Below, one piece after another: positions 61,601 through 64,000 of a stretch of 64,000 bases of DNA. The stretch lies in assembly GCA_002189035.1 (NCBI GenBank), contig NEEC01000002.1, forward strand, positions 3,348,001-3,412,000, given 5' to 3'. The notes under the pieces were generated by a model, which was not told where the DNA came from, did no database searches, and worked only from the letters and a program-made list of their open reading frames with translations. The stretch comes from Utricularia gibba. Lineage: Eukaryota > Plantae > Magnoliophyta. The position numbers and the translations under genes are program-made. Numbering within the stretch: the first letter of the stretch is position 1; every line of letters starts with the position of its first letter.

Positions 61601-64000
61601 TTGACAAGTGATTCATATCAAGGTAGCTTGTTTTTCACAGATAATGGTCATCTCAGCAATCTAACGTTTTGGAGGCCTAGGGCTCCTTCAAACTATGTTG
61701 TTTTGGTGATTGTGTAACATCACGGTACAGTGTACTACTGCATTTCCTTTTTGTCAGTATTTTGGAACATCAGAAAAATTTTAATGTGTCTGTTTTTTTT
61801 GTAACAATCATTTGCTAATTTCTGCATTTCGAACAATAGACACAATCTAACAAGGTTTTTGCTTTTCTATGTCACTATCTTTTCTTGTATTCTACTGAGA
61901 TATGTTTCTGAGTCTGCTAATTAGATTGCTTGTTTGCTTCTCAGGCCGAACCCACCATCTCAGTCAGTGCTTGCAGTAAGCAATGCTTATGGCCGTGCAC
62001 TGAAGCCTCTTGGGTTCAAGCTAATTGCTTCATTTTGGGGGTTCAAGGGCGAATAACCCAAGAAGTACCTCTTGATATTAGCGCCCAGTGTTCCATTTGG
62101 CAACCAATTGCACCCCAGGATATATTGCTCTAGGATGTGTTGCTAATGTTGGAAGCCAGCCTCCTCCAAATCATATTGTTCGTTGCCTTCGTTATGATCT
62201 TGTTACCTCAACCATGTGTTTGGAGTGTGTATGTAATGCTTCTCCTAATGATTCATTTGAAGACGGATTCAGCATATGGAGACTAGACAACTCTATTGGG
62301 TCGTTTTATGCTCATGCATCTGCTGGCTTTCCTTCCAAATCCTCTTGCTTTGACCTGAATCATCTTCTTCTATGGTACAATAGCTTGCGTATATCATTAT
62401 CCACTGGATCCCTTCTGGATTATAAAAATGAGCAGGAAAATCAATTACATCTGACTGGCAGCCAGGGTCCGGTATCTACTGGCTGGGATGTTTTAAGATC
62501 TATTTCTAAATTAAGTGCATGTTATATGTCAACACCAAACTTTGAGAAGATATGGTGGGACACCGGGAGTGACTTCCAGAGATCATTTTCTATTTGGAGA
62601 CCTATACCTCATGTAGGATATGCCATACTGGGTGACTGCATCACCGAAGGGTAAGGTTTATATATATCCCTTTGGACACTTTTGTGTACCATGCCTTCAT
62701 GTCAGTATCATCTTCTCAATCCTGTAGTACTTAAAGTCCATTCTGTCAACTTCACTTCTCAGCCTGGAACCTCCTCCATCAGGCGTCATTTTCAAGTCTG
62801 ATAACTCTGAGATTTCTGCAAAACCTGTTCAATTTACAAAAGTTGCTCAAATTGGGAAGAGGGCCAGAAGGAAGCTTTCTTCTGGTACCCTATTGCCCCT
62901 CCTAGTTATGCTTCTCTAGGATGTGTGGTGACTCAACAAGATGAAGCACCATCTCTAGAATTGTTGTGCTGTCCAAGAATGGATTTAGTCAATCAAGCTG
63001 ATATCGTTGACACACCTATCTCAAGAGTACCTAATTCAAAAGCTGCTCAGACCTTGAGTATTTGAAAAGTTGGAAACCAAGTAAGCTCCATAAAAAAACT
63101 AGATTTCGATCAGCAGGATCATTGCTTTTGACACATGACCTCATGGATTTTATTAATTTATGTCACGTTTACCACTAAACAGAAGATCCATTTTTCCCTT
63201 GATCCCAGTTTCCATTATTTCTGCAGGCCAGCACATTTCTTGCTCGATCAGATCTGAAGAAGCCATCAAACAAATTAGCATTTTCTATAGGGTACTCAGT
63301 GAAGCCAAAAACAAAGGACAATATAACAGCAGATATGAAAATCAGATGCCTATCTTTGACTATATTGGACAGGTTGTGTGGCATGGTTGCTCTTTGCATA
63401 TTAATATTGTCCTTAATCTAGATTTTTTCTTTAAATGCCAATGTGTTGATCTTCTATGTATCGTATGCTCTTTTTAGATTACTCCACTTTTTGATGCCAC
63501 AATTACAAACATCAAACTAGCAACACATGGAAGACTTGAGGCAATGAATGCTGTGCTGATTTCCTCTTTTGCCTCATCAATTTTTAATATTCAATTAGAA
63601 GCATGGGAGCCACTTATCGAGCCATTTGATGGGATTTTGAAGTAAGAATTATAGGCCCATTTTATCTTTCTCTTATTGAGTTTTCTACATTCGGATTTGA
63701 GTTATATTCACCACATTTTGGTGATTTCGTGCTATGCTATTCATAATCTTACTAATCTAAACGATTATTGTTTCATATCGTAGGATTGAAATGTACGATA
63801 ACAGTTCAAGCCAATCAGCAAGAATTGATAAAAGGATGAGAATTGCTGTGACAAGTATTCTTAATGTGAATCTTAGTGCTGCCAATTTTGATACTTTAGG
63901 TCTAACATTGGATTCCTGGAGAAACAGAGGGAATTTGAAGAGAAAGCCATTATGCTGTATGAGGTTGCAAGAAAACTTACATCCTAGTGCTGATTATAGG
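52617..64000 (+). pseudogene. VPS13: VPS13 lipid-transfer protein gene (MFEAH-starting plant type with Vps62/DUF946-like repeats), disabled; continues beyond the window
   Basis: Spliced exons MFEAH|VLHL..YLGEYVHGLSSEALRISV.KG|DVVLKDLK, KEEWEAVNKLLS, ALDIDIDAPKVRVP, SIWRLDN and SIWRPIP. Disablements: large N-terminal deletion after ~53590, 74-bp tandem duplication at 54164, stops at 57910 and 63063, several frameshifts. Confidence 0.93.
56490..56666 (+). repeat. 177-nt almost pure A/G low-complexity tract inside a VPS13 intron (56470-56692)
   Basis: GT..CAG boundaries join R-C-S-S-M-A-G in frame. The tract contains only two pyrimidines. Confidence 0.9.

Overview
AT-rich plant nuclear DNA, probably a eudicot, from a heterochromatin-like region that is mostly nested, decayed transposons. 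In order it holds: a degenerate PIF/Harbinger element with nested inserts (1043-7238); a full-length Mutator element with TIRs and a 9-bp TSD (7775-12427); two pieces of Tat-type Ty3/gypsy elements, one carrying a TRIM; a U6 snRNA pseudogene; one apparently intact small secreted Cys-rich gene (phylloplanin/Ole e 1-like, 19401-19751); three Ty1/copia elements, including a complete Bianca-like copy with TSD; and several solo LTRs. A ~10-kb orphan 45S rDNA block lies on the minus strand (5'-truncated 25S pseudogene, intergenic-spacer subrepeats, a duplicated 25S 3' end and a truncated Tekay insertion). After it come a Pack-MULE-like element carrying a spliced Ulp/SUMO-protease fragment, a hAT element filled with a palindromic 56-bp array, and a disabled VPS13 gene running off the window end. 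Best leads: (1) TRIM LTRs that contain an snRNA-type USE+TATA promoter at U6-like spacing; (2) the hairpin array 235 bp upstream of the VPS13 ATG; (3) the rDNA orphon with a microhomology-joined 25S 3' duplication; (4) the captured Ulp protease. All coordinates and alignments were made by eye. Family names rest on recalled consensus motifs, not database searches.
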